From Spirosoma fluviale (lineage in GTDB: Bacteria > Bacteroidota > Bacteroidia > Cytophagales > Spirosomataceae): a DNA stretch of 64,000 nucleotides. Position 1 is the stretch's first letter. Each line of letters starts with the position of its first letter. Below, in pieces: positions 1 to 8,986 of this stretch. The position numbers and the translations under genes were made by a program. Location of the stretch: NCBI GenBank assembly GCA_945883625.1, contig CAMCXW010000002.1, positions 39,479 to 103,478 of the forward strand, given 5' to 3'. The notes beneath the pieces were generated by a model. That model did no database searches. It was not told the origin of the DNA and saw only the letters and a program-made list of their open reading frames with translations.

Positions 1-279
1 TAGTTTTAGGCGAGCAGGATGAAGGCCCGTCATAATTGCCGCACGGGAAGGAGAACAAACAGGACTGGCAGCATAAGCCTGAGTGAAACGAACCCCACCG
101 CTCGCTAATTTATTGAGATTAGGTGTTTCATTATACGGGTTTCCGTAGCAACCCAAATCCATATATCCCAAATCATCTGCTAGGATGAAAATAATGTTAG
201 GCTTTTTTGGACTATCTGATGCGTCAGCCATCAAACTTACCAAGCACAAAAAAACAAAAACCCATAAAATTCGAATCAT
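1..279 (-). CDS. S1 sulfatase, N-terminal part (runs off the left edge)
   Basis: Not in the ORF track. Manual translation from ATG at 279: [93 protein letters not shown], i.e. signal peptide, PNIIFILADD and the CSPSR formylglycine motif. Confidence 0.93.
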   Translation of the reverse strand, partial: MIRILWVFVFLCLVSLMADASDSPKKPNIIFILADDLGYMDLGCYGNPYNETPNLNKLASGGVRFTQAYAASPVCSPSRAAIMTGLHPARLKL

Positions 280-414
280 CTTCGTTCCATTTAAGCCATT
301 CCTTTGGCCTAAATTAAAGGCTATTTTTACCATACAAAAACTAGTTTATTACGACCCAAATGCAACATCAAATTGGATCGCATGTGTGAAAGTTAAAATT
401 AAAGGCAATCATTA

Positions 415-2190
415 TTAATTCATTTTAGGTGAATTTAAACGACGGAGCGTTACCAATTTTACATCAAGATCGCTGGCCTTAAGCAATGAATTACTGAATA
501 CCTTCAAGGTTCCACTTCCTGCCTTTAAATGCACAGAACCTAAATTTAAAGGCCTAAAATCTTTCATGTAAGATTCCTCTCGAGGAACAAGATCATATTC
601 CATCCCGAAAAGTGGCACATTATTTTCTTTTGTAATTTTACCAGTCACGACGGAATCACCAAAAGACATGGATAACGCTGTTCCAACATTCTCTTTTGAG
701 CACGCATAATAAAGACTAATTTCAAAATCCCCTTCTTGTTCAAGTGCTACTTCCCAACTAATAAAATCCTCTTTGGATAACCAATTTGTCATGTGGCTAT
801 CATTGGGATGCTGATTAGATCGTTTTATATTTCCATGGCCAAACCCCTCACTGACAGGCAATTGAGTTATAGGTAAACCTGGGTGACCGATGATTAAAGG
901 TCTATTGTCTTCTTTGGGGAGTTCGGTTAATACGTCTGATTCCCATGTATTTTTTACTTGCAAAAGTTTTTGATAGTCAGCTGAAAAAGTAGTGGCGACA
1001 TTGGTAGTTTGCGCATAATCATCGACTAAATTATACAGCGCACCATCCGCGGATAATCTGAAATTTTGTGACCGAACACTGATTTGTTTATTCCAATAAC
1101 TAACAATAAAACGGTCGGAATCCTCGGAGGTTTGATTTCCCATCAATATGGGTTTAAGGCTGGTCCCATCCAATGGTTTTTGGGACGTAAACGGTATTTC
1201 GGCTAAATCTGCTAAAGTAGGTAATAAATCCATGACACTCGTGATGGATTTGATTTGAGTTCCGCCCTTAAATTTTGCCGGCCACTGCATAAGCAAAGGT
1301 GATCTGACGCCACCTTCATCCGTTGTCCCCTTAATCCCTTTCATTCCCCCATTCCAGCGATGACCATTGGGCCCATTATCTGAAAAATAAAGCACAATGG
1401 TATTTTTGGTCAGCTTCAATTGATCTAATCGCTTCATCAGTCTACCAACATTCCAATCGATATTTTCAGTCATCGCAAGCGCAGCTTTGGTATGCAAGAT
1501 GTTTTCTTTGGAGGCGATGGTTCCTTTTTGGCTTAGTTCAATATTTTTATACTTAGTCCAATTCTCCTCAGGCACTTGCATGGGACTATGCGGTGTATTT
1601 AAGGGCAAGTAAAGAAAGAAGGGAGATTTCGCATGTTGGCCCATAAATTCAATCGCATGATTTGTTAAATCATCGGTTATAAACCCTTTACCTTTCGTAA
1701 TTTCTCCATTATGTTCAAGAATTGGATTAAAATAATTACCCCAATGACCCGAACAAAAACCATAAAAATCATCAAAACCCCTGGAGTTAGGATGGTAAGG
1801 TGCCTGACCTCCATTATGCCATTTTCCATAAGCTGCTGTTGAATAACCAGCTTTTTTAAAAATTTGGGCAATTGTCGTCTCGTCTAAATCTAATCTCACT
1901 CTTCCTGTGGCTGTGCCAGAAATACCGCCACGCACGTGATAACGGCCCGTCAATAATTCAGCGCGTGTGGGTGAGCAAACTGGACTCACGTAAAAATGCT
2001 GAAAACTGACTCCGTTTTTTGCTATTTTGTCGATGGAAGGAGTCGCTACCGTTAAGTTTCCATTATAGCCTAAATCACCCCAGCCTTGATCATCGCTTAC
2101 GATAATTATGATATTAGGCTTTTCGAATTTTTGGCCATTCGCCTGAAAAATGGTGCTTATCAAAAAAACACACAGGATAAAATTTTTCAT
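415..2190 (-). CDS. S1 arylsulfatase with C-terminal beta-sandwich (CBM-like) extension
   Basis: Signal peptide, PNIIIIVSDD, CSPTRAELLTGR, GKWH, SDNG; ~170 aa beta-rich tail. Confidence 0.93.
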   Translation of the reverse strand: MKNFILCVFLISTIFQANGQKFEKPNIIIIVSDDQGWGDLGYNGNLTVATPSIDKIAKNGVSFQHFYVSPVCSPTRAELLTGRYHVRGGISGTATGRVRLDLDETTIAQIFKKAGYSTAAYGKWHNGGQAPYHPNSRGFDDFYGFCSGHWGNYFNPILEHNGEITKGKGFITDDLTNHAIEFMGQHAKSPFFLYLPLNTPHSPMQVPEENWTKYKNIELSQKGTIASKENILHTKAALAMTENIDWNVGRLMKRLDQLKLTKNTIVLYFSDNGPNGHRWNGGMKGIKGTTDEGGVRSPLLMQWPAKFKGGTQIKSITSVMDLLPTLADLAEIPFTSQKPLDGTSLKPILMGNQTSEDSDRFIVSYWNKQISVRSQNFRLSADGALYNLVDDYAQTTNVATTFSADYQKLLQVKNTWESDVLTELPKEDNRPLIIGHPGLPITQLPVSEGFGHGNIKRSNQHPNDSHMTNWLSKEDFISWEVALEQEGDFEISLYYACSKENVGTALSMSFGDSVVTGKITKENNVPLFGMEYDLVPREESYMKDFRPLNLGSVHLKAGSGTLKVFSNSLLKASDLDVKLVTLRRLNSPKMN

Positions 2191-2399
2191 AATATTAGGT
2201 TGCTTTACTTAAAGAGGCTTAACGGTGTATTTCATTTAATTTCCAATTTATAATTAATTCATATAAAAACTAGCCTTAAGGAAAGTTAAGTGCTTGCTGA
2301 AAAAGATAAAAACTAATTGTTATTTTAGCTCGCACAAAAGCAAGCTTTTTTTAGTTTGCCAAATTAGTTTTTTGGCATACCTCAACCCAAAAACCACCC

Positions 2400-3104
2400 A
2401 TGCATTCACTTAAATCTATTTTTTTACTTTTTGCCCTTTTGCCTCTTTCCCTAGATTCGCTGGGACAAGGAGTTTACAAGCTAAAATCAGGGGACCCCAA
2501 TGGCATCAATAAATGGTATATGGGTAGGCAAATTGCGCAGGTGATGAGTCATTACGGCATCGATTGGCTGGAGAGAAAAGAAAGGGAAATGGAGGAAAAC
2601 ACCTCGCTTCTACTAAAAAACTTAGCTGTAAAACCAGGAATGCTTATTGCAGACATTGGGGCGGGAAGTGGCTACCACAGTGCCATGCTTTCTAAAATGG
2701 TGGGCTCTGGTAAAGTTTTTGCTGTCGATGTGGAACAGGAAATGATTGCCTATTTACAGGCAAGAATCAAGCGTGAAAAATTATCCCAAATTGTGCCCGT
2801 GCTATGCACTGAAAAAAGTGTTTCCTTACCAGAAAATACGATTGATTTAATTTTGCTAGTTGACGTTTACCACGAGTTCTCTTACCCCTACGAGATGGCG
2901 CTATCGATGCTTAGTTCGTTGAAACCTGGCGGAAAACTGGTGTTAGTCGAGTTTCGATCCGAGGATGATGAAGTGCCCATAAAAACAATTCATAAAATGA
3001 GCGAAAACCAGGCCATCAAAGAATTAAAAATTGCCGGGTTTAAATTTGAAAAAAACATAAGCAACCTTCCCTGGCAACATTGCTTAGTGTTTACAAAGAA
3101 ATAA
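2400..3104 (+). CDS. Class I SAM-dependent methyltransferase with signal-peptide-like N-terminus
   Basis: Motif I IADIGAGSGY, VFAVDV, LKPGGKLV; hydrophobic N-terminus ending SLG-Q. Confidence 0.88.
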   Translation: MHSLKSIFLLFALLPLSLDSLGQGVYKLKSGDPNGINKWYMGRQIAQVMSHYGIDWLERKEREMEENTSLLLKNLAVKPGMLIADIGAGSGYHSAMLSKMVGSGKVFAVDVEQEMIAYLQARIKREKLSQIVPVLCTEKSVSLPENTIDLILLVDVYHEFSYPYEMALSMLSSLKPGGKLVLVEFRSEDDEVPIKTIHKMSENQAIKELKIAGFKFEKNISNLPWQHCLVFTKK

Positions 3105-3183
3105 ATCTCACAAATAAGTGATGAGAGAAATTTAATTTCGTTGAAACAATCAGTAAGTATAAGTTCAAAATTTAAAGACGAAA

Positions 3184-4944
3184 ATGATGCTACTTAATAA
3201 ATTTAAATTTCTGTTGATCGTACTAGCCTGTTTGGTATCTGCCCGAGGCGTTGCCCAAAATAAGAAACACCCAAACGTTGTTTTGATTATTACCGATGAC
3301 CAAGGATATGGTGACTTGGGAATTACCGGAAATTCAATTGTAAAGACACCAGTCATCGACCGATTTGCTAAGCAGAGTATTCAGTTTAGCAATTTTCATG
3401 TTTCTCCAGTATGTGCGCCTACCCGGTCTAGTTTAATGACAGGCCGCTACTCATTGCGAACAGGAATTCGAGATACGTACAATGGTGGAGCGACGATGGC
3501 ATCTTCAGAGATCACAATTGCTGAAATATTAAAGCATGCAGGGTATGCCACTGGGTTATTTGGGAAATGGCACTTAGGTGATAATTTTCCTAGTCGGCCG
3601 ATGGATCAGGGATTTGATGAGACACTCATGCACCTTTCTGGAGGCATGGGCCAGGTGGGTGATGTAAGCACCTATTTCCAAAAAGACAGTAGCTATTTTA
3701 ACCCAGTCTTGTGGAAAAATGGTAAGCAGGAATCCTACAGTGGCTATTGTTCAGATATTTTTGCAGCGAACGCCATCAAATTCATTGAAAAAAACAAGGA
3801 CAATCCATTTTTCTGTTATCTCTCATTTAATGCTCCGCATACGCCTTTACAAGTACCCGATAAATATTATCAGATGTACAAAAATGTAGATCCTTCCGTT
3901 GAATTTGATAAAAATAATCCAATGTATCTGAAAATGAGCGAGAAAGATAAAGAGGACGCTCGAAAAGTTTACGGAATGGTCAGCAATATTGATGATAACA
4001 TTGGTAAGCTACTTCAAAAAATAACTGATTTAGGAATTGAAGAGGAGACCATCGTCCTATTTATGACGGACAATGGCCCGCAGCAATTACGTTTTACAGC
4101 AGGGCTGCGAGATAAAAAGGGCTCAGTTTATAATGGTGGTACCCGAGTACCTTTTTTCTTGAAATATCCTGCTTTGACAAAAGAGAGCAAAGTTATTGAA
4201 ACCATGGCGGCCCACTTTGATATTTTGCCTACTTTAACTGAATTATGCCATGCGGATTTACCAACTGACCGGAAAATTGACGGAAAAAGCCTTTTACCCC
4301 TTATAAAAGGCAAAAATACCGATTGGTCAGATCGGGCATTATTTAGTTATTGGACGAGAAAGTATCCTGAACTTTATACTAGTATGGCCATTCAAAAATC
4401 AGGATATAAGCTAGTTGGGCAAACAAATTATAACGCTTCAATTGATGATTTTGAATTATACAATTTGAAAAACGATGTCCATGAACTCAATAACATTGTA
4501 AAAACTAATAAGGAGATTGCGTGGAAACTGAAAAATGAATTAGACATCATATACCATGAATTAATTCTATCCGAAAATCTGATAAAGCACCCCGTCACCA
4601 CTATTGGGTCAAAAATGGAAAATCCATTGATTTTGAATCGAAATGATGCGGATGGTTCTCGCGGCTTATGGGATCAAGAATTAATATTTGGAAAATGGAA
4701 CGTCAGTATTTTAAAAGGCAAGTATAATTTTAAATTTAAATTCATAAAGCCAATTAGTGCAGGAGGGGCAATGTATTTGGAAACAAATTCAATAATTAAT
4801 CAAATGAAGAATGATACCAATACGGATTTAATTGAAATGAAAAATATAACACTTCCCGAATTAAATGGGGAATTGATTCCCTATTATTTGATTAAGGGTA
4901 AAATGATTTTACCATTTAGTGTCGAAATTGAAAAAATTGACTAA
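3184..4944 (+). CDS. S1 arylsulfatase
   Basis: Signal peptide, PNVVLIITDD, CAPTRSSLMTGR, GKWHLG, TDNG. Confidence 0.94.
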   Translation: MMLLNKFKFLLIVLACLVSARGVAQNKKHPNVVLIITDDQGYGDLGITGNSIVKTPVIDRFAKQSIQFSNFHVSPVCAPTRSSLMTGRYSLRTGIRDTYNGGATMASSEITIAEILKHAGYATGLFGKWHLGDNFPSRPMDQGFDETLMHLSGGMGQVGDVSTYFQKDSSYFNPVLWKNGKQESYSGYCSDIFAANAIKFIEKNKDNPFFCYLSFNAPHTPLQVPDKYYQMYKNVDPSVEFDKNNPMYLKMSEKDKEDARKVYGMVSNIDDNIGKLLQKITDLGIEEETIVLFMTDNGPQQLRFTAGLRDKKGSVYNGGTRVPFFLKYPALTKESKVIETMAAHFDILPTLTELCHADLPTDRKIDGKSLLPLIKGKNTDWSDRALFSYWTRKYPELYTSMAIQKSGYKLVGQTNYNASIDDFELYNLKNDVHELNNIVKTNKEIAWKLKNELDIIYHELILSENLIKHPVTTIGSKMENPLILNRNDADGSRGLWDQELIFGKWNVSILKGKYNFKFKFIKPISAGGAMYLETNSIINQMKNDTNTDLIEMKNITLPELNGELIPYYLIKGKMILPFSVEIEKID

Positions 4945-5033
4945 AAAAGGCGAATTAATTAACGTAAAACTCGCTAATGCACTAAAAATTAATATTTGAT
5001 ACTTTTTTAAAAACAAACCAAATCAAAAAGTTA

Positions 5034-5402
5034 TTGATATTTCCTTTCCTGCTTATAAACTGTCTGCTCATGGCACAAACATCCCTGCGTCCCATTGAAA
5101 ATCCTATCCGAATTGGAAAATTGGACGTTGCCGAATTTGATCTTCCTGAGAAATTGAATTGGCAAGATGCAAAAAAAGCTTGCGCTAAATTAGGAGATGG
5201 TTGGCATTTACCATCGCGCGAGGAATTAAGTTTTTTGTACCAAAACAGGCAAAAAATCGGTGGATTTAAAAACACCTATTATTGGAGTTCCTCCGAGGTA
5301 AATGAAGAAAGTGCGTGGAGACATAGTTTTAGTTTTGGAATGAGTGGTTTCATTGCCAACAAGCGTGCAGAATATTTCGTACGTGCGGTAAAGGTTTATT
5401 AG
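5034..5402 (+). CDS. DUF1566 (Lcl C-terminal, C-type-lectin fold) small secreted protein
   Basis: LNWQDAKKACAKL-GDGWHLPSREEL, YYWSSSE, C-terminal VRAV pattern. The true start may be the in-frame ATC at 5022 (see findings). Confidence 0.78.
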   Translation: MIFPFLLINCLLMAQTSLRPIENPIRIGKLDVAEFDLPEKLNWQDAKKACAKLGDGWHLPSREELSFLYQNRQKIGGFKNTYYWSSSEVNEESAWRHSFSFGMSGFIANKRAEYFVRAVKVY

Positions 5403-5563
5403 TTGGCAAATCACACGATTTACAAATACGCGCAATCAAGCTAGTTGGTCCTTCCAACACCTAGTTTTTCAGGCTTACCTCTTTAAAAATAATTTAAAAT
5501 TCATTGTAAGGAAATACAGGCTTTAAATAATATCTGTTTACTTTAATAGTCTATTTTACCTCC

Positions 5564-8014
5564 GTGATGTTTAAATATCTTTTGCTATTCGTTTGTTTTA
5601 CAAGTTTTTCCCAAAAAAATCAGTCAATAAATGGCCAACTAATAGACTCGTTGACAAGAGAACCACTTTCATTTGCATCTGTTCAAATTGTGTCAAAAAA
5701 TCAACCCAGTGCAGCCAAAGGACAAATAGCAAATGAAAAAGGTTTTTTCGAATTTACTGGTGTAAAAGCAGGAGCATATAGCCTAAAAATTCAATACGTA
5801 GGCTATCAAACTAAACTTATTGACATATTAGTTGATCAACTAAATGGTCCATTGAAACTTGGTGCTATCTATCTAACACCACAGAATCAAGAATTAGAAA
5901 CCATCCAAGTTTCAAAAGAAAAGATCAAGGTCATGTCAACCTTGGAAAAACAAATTTTTAAAGCGGATCAATTTGAGGTAGCTAAAGGTGGAACCGCCGC
6001 AGATGTACTTAAGAATATCCCTTCCGTCATGATTAATGCCGAAGGAGAAATTTCCATGCGGGGATCAAAAGGATTTTTAATCTTAATCGATGGAAAACCA
6101 ACCCAAGTAGACGCCGCTACGATACTTGCCCAAATCGCAGCTAATACGATTGAAAATATTGAAATGATAACTGCCCCAACTGCCAAATATGATGCAGATG
6201 GCAAAGCCGGAATTATCAACATTGTTACTAAAAAAGGCACAAAAGATGGTTGGTCCTTCTCCTCCAATATGCAGTATGGCCTTCCAAGAATTAAACAATA
6301 TGAAAATGCAACGGAACCCAGTAGACAAAGCTTTGATCTAAGCGCTACATTTCAAAAAGGAAAATGGAATATGGCTAGTTCATTCAATTATTTACAAAAT
6401 GATATTGCAGGAAGACGTATTGGAGATGTAAGGACAACAATTCAAAATGTGCTAACCTCGTTTCCTAGCGAAGGAGAAAGAAGTTTTAAACGTGATAGCT
6501 ATGGATTCCGAAGCTCTGCACTTTATACGCCGACAAAAAACGATGATTTGCTCGTTGGCGTATATATAGGCAAAAAGAATCAATACCGCACTGCCGACAT
6601 ATTTTACACCAATTCGAAATACAATGTTTTAACAAATACATTAATTGGACGAACTAATTATTTTAATTCTAATCTGGTTTTAAAGTCGGGCTACTTTAAT
6701 GTCTATAACGTAGATTATACCCATCGTTTTAGAAATAAATCCAGCTTAAGCCTTTCGGGACTACATGAATATGCGATGATTGACGGATTCACCCAAAACA
6801 GAAACTTACGGGAAAGAAATACTACTGACACGCTACAATACACACTAAATACCGGGGAAAATCCACTTAATGCCTATCGATTAAAAATTGATTATGAAAC
6901 TTCGTTGGGCATAGGAAAACTTACCATGGGATATCAATATCGAAATCAATCACAAAATGGGGTCTTTAATTATTTTCAAAAATCGGGCAACGGATTGCCA
7001 CTGGTTTTAAATCCAAATTTTTCAGCCCAAATACAAATCATTAATAAAATTCATGGACTCTATGCCCAATATGGCGGTGTCTTTAAAAAATTAGAATTTA
7101 CATCCGGCTTGCGTTATGAAAATGCTTTTAGAGACTTTCAGGTACCTAAATCGGCATCAAGTTCTGTTTTGAAACTTGCTAATTTTTTCCCGTCGGCTAA
7201 TATCCTCTATAACTTTAAAGATGATTTACGATTTAAAATAGCCTACAGTAGGAGAGTTCAACGATCTACGAATAGCGAACTTAATCCGTACCCAGAAAGA
7301 GAACATAGCGAAACACTCGAGCAAGGTGATCCATCCATTCTACCCGAATTTATTCGAATTATGGAGGCAGGATTTACAAAAGATTTCAAAAAGTCCTCAT
7401 TTTATCTTACGCTTTACACGCAGCAAATAGATAATATCGTTAATCGCGTCAATAGCGTATATAATGATACCATTTTGAATAGAATATACACCAATGCAGG
7501 AAAAGCACAATTAGTTGGATCCGACATGGGCTTTACCCACTCCCCTTTTAAAAATTTGAGGATGTTCGTAGGCGGAAACATCTATAGCTTACAGATAAAA
7601 GGTGCCTTATTCAATAATTCAGTTGCTGTAAATTCCAGCGGTTTGGTCTATTCAATTAATTCAAACATCAGTTACCAAATAAATACCTCCACCTCAGCGC
7701 AGTTTAATTTAGCTTATCTCTCCGCTAAAAACACGGCTCAAGGTATTGATTCAAGATTTTATCAACCCAACATAAGCCTAAAGAAAGGCGTTTTGAAAAA
7801 TAAATTATTTCTGACAGTTCAGTGGCAGAATTTGGCATTTGGGAACATGAAGGTAAATGAACAAAGCATTTCTACAACAGGCGATAACTTTTATACCTCA
7901 ACAAATTACATTCAAGAAACCAATATTTTCCTCTTAAATCTATCCTATAATTTCCGATCTAGTGAGAAAAAACTAAAGTTATCTAGTAGTGAATTTGGTG
8001 AAAAAGAATTTTAG
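5564..8014 (+). CDS. TonB-dependent receptor / outer-membrane beta-barrel (CarboxypepD_reg-like N-domain, plug, barrel)
   Basis: GQLIDSLTREPLSFASV N-domain; plug DVLKNIPSV...SMRG...IEMITAPTAKYDADGKAGIINIVTKK; amphipathic strands; LNLSYNF near the C-terminus. Confidence 0.9.
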   Translation: MMFKYLLLFVCFTSFSQKNQSINGQLIDSLTREPLSFASVQIVSKNQPSAAKGQIANEKGFFEFTGVKAGAYSLKIQYVGYQTKLIDILVDQLNGPLKLGAIYLTPQNQELETIQVSKEKIKVMSTLEKQIFKADQFEVAKGGTAADVLKNIPSVMINAEGEISMRGSKGFLILIDGKPTQVDAATILAQIAANTIENIEMITAPTAKYDADGKAGIINIVTKKGTKDGWSFSSNMQYGLPRIKQYENATEPSRQSFDLSATFQKGKWNMASSFNYLQNDIAGRRIGDVRTTIQNVLTSFPSEGERSFKRDSYGFRSSALYTPTKNDDLLVGVYIGKKNQYRTADIFYTNSKYNVLTNTLIGRTNYFNSNLVLKSGYFNVYNVDYTHRFRNKSSLSLSGLHEYAMIDGFTQNRNLRERNTTDTLQYTLNTGENPLNAYRLKIDYETSLGIGKLTMGYQYRNQSQNGVFNYFQKSGNGLPLVLNPNFSAQIQIINKIHGLYAQYGGVFKKLEFTSGLRYENAFRDFQVPKSASSSVLKLANFFPSANILYNFKDDLRFKIAYSRRVQRSTNSELNPYPEREHSETLEQGDPSILPEFIRIMEAGFTKDFKKSSFYLTLYTQQIDNIVNRVNSVYNDTILNRIYTNAGKAQLVGSDMGFTHSPFKNLRMFVGGNIYSLQIKGALFNNSVAVNSSGLVYSINSNISYQINTSTSAQFNLAYLSAKNTAQGIDSRFYQPNISLKKGVLKNKLFLTVQWQNLAFGNMKVNEQSISTTGDNFYTSTNYIQETNIFLLNLSYNFRSSEKKLKLSSSEFGEKEF

Positions 8015-8071
8015 TAACATCTACTGCCGGACGCGATAATTACGTTATTGAGTCGCGCAATAGAAGCCCGT

Positions 8072-8917
8072 TTAAGACATTAATCCGTAGCTTAGCTCGT
8101 TCCTTTTATTCGTAGGATCCATCAAATATGTAAGAACGGTTCCATTATTCAGGAGTTCAACTACGCGAAAACCCTTATGTGGTGTGCCCCAGCTACCACC
8201 AATGTGTGAGTCAAACAAAAAAGGTAGTTTGCCTACCATTTGAACACCATCTTGATCGTGTTCGTGACCATGAAACACAGCCCGAATGTTGGGATATTTC
8301 TTTATCAACTCAAAAAATGCAGGTGTTTCAATCCCATTTTTAGTCCATTTCGCCTGCGGGATATGTAAAAACAAAAATACATTTTTACGTAGTTTATTGG
8401 CCTCCAACTGTGAAGCTAACCACGCTAAATCAGGAGAAACATAGGTACCCTGTTCGTTCGACGTATCACCCAATAAAACAACAGAATCTTTGACTACTAG
8501 GTTATGATTCAAAGGCATGTTCCACACGTTTTGCCAAAAATCTGATGAACATTTATCATGATTTCCCCGAGTAACATAATATGGCATCCGGAATCCATCC
8601 AATTTCCTTTTGGCAAGCGGCAAAAAAGCTTTTTCATCATGAACAATATCTCCATTCATCACACAAAAATCAAGTGGATTTGAACCATGGAAAAGGTTAA
8701 TTTTTTCAATAATTGTATCCATCATCGCCTCATACGGAGTATCCGGCTGGCCATAATGCGAATCAGAGGCAACCGCAAAGCGCATAACGACCTGATCCTT
8801 TACTAGGTTTACCTCCTGCTCAGAAAATGAGCGAAATCCACCACCCACAAAAAAAGCAGATGCGAACGAAATATTTTTAACGAAATGTCTCCTCGAGATT
8901 GAATGATGATTTTCCAT
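8072..8917 (-). CDS. Tat-exported calcineurin-like metallophosphoesterase
   Basis: SRRHFVK twin-arginine leader after ATG 8917 (ORF is open to 8959); motifs DSH, GD, GNHD, H, GHEH. Confidence 0.88.
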   Translation of the reverse strand: MENHHSISRRHFVKNISFASAFFVGGGFRSFSEQEVNLVKDQVVMRFAVASDSHYGQPDTPYEAMMDTIIEKINLFHGSNPLDFCVMNGDIVHDEKAFLPLAKRKLDGFRMPYYVTRGNHDKCSSDFWQNVWNMPLNHNLVVKDSVVLLGDTSNEQGTYVSPDLAWLASQLEANKLRKNVFLFLHIPQAKWTKNGIETPAFFELIKKYPNIRAVFHGHEHDQDGVQMVGKLPFLFDSHIGGSWGTPHKGFRVVELLNNGTVLTYLMDPTNKRNELSYGLMS

Positions 8918-8986
8918 GGATAAGTTATTGTTTTTTAAATGTACTAAAAGGTACCGCAACAGATGTTAACTAAAATAAATTTTATG

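Noticed and set aside
185-418. 77-aa plus-strand ORF
   Set aside because: Overlaps the real minus-strand sulfatase start (1-279) and has no recognisable motifs.
2357-2377. TGCCAAA-N7-TTTGGCA palindrome before the methyltransferase
   Set aside because: Only 7-bp arms, single occurrence in AT-rich DNA; could be chance.
5270-5402. DUF1566 C-terminus as a diversity-generating retroelement variable region
   Set aside because: No reverse transcriptase or template repeat seen in the window, and codons lack a consistent NNY pattern.
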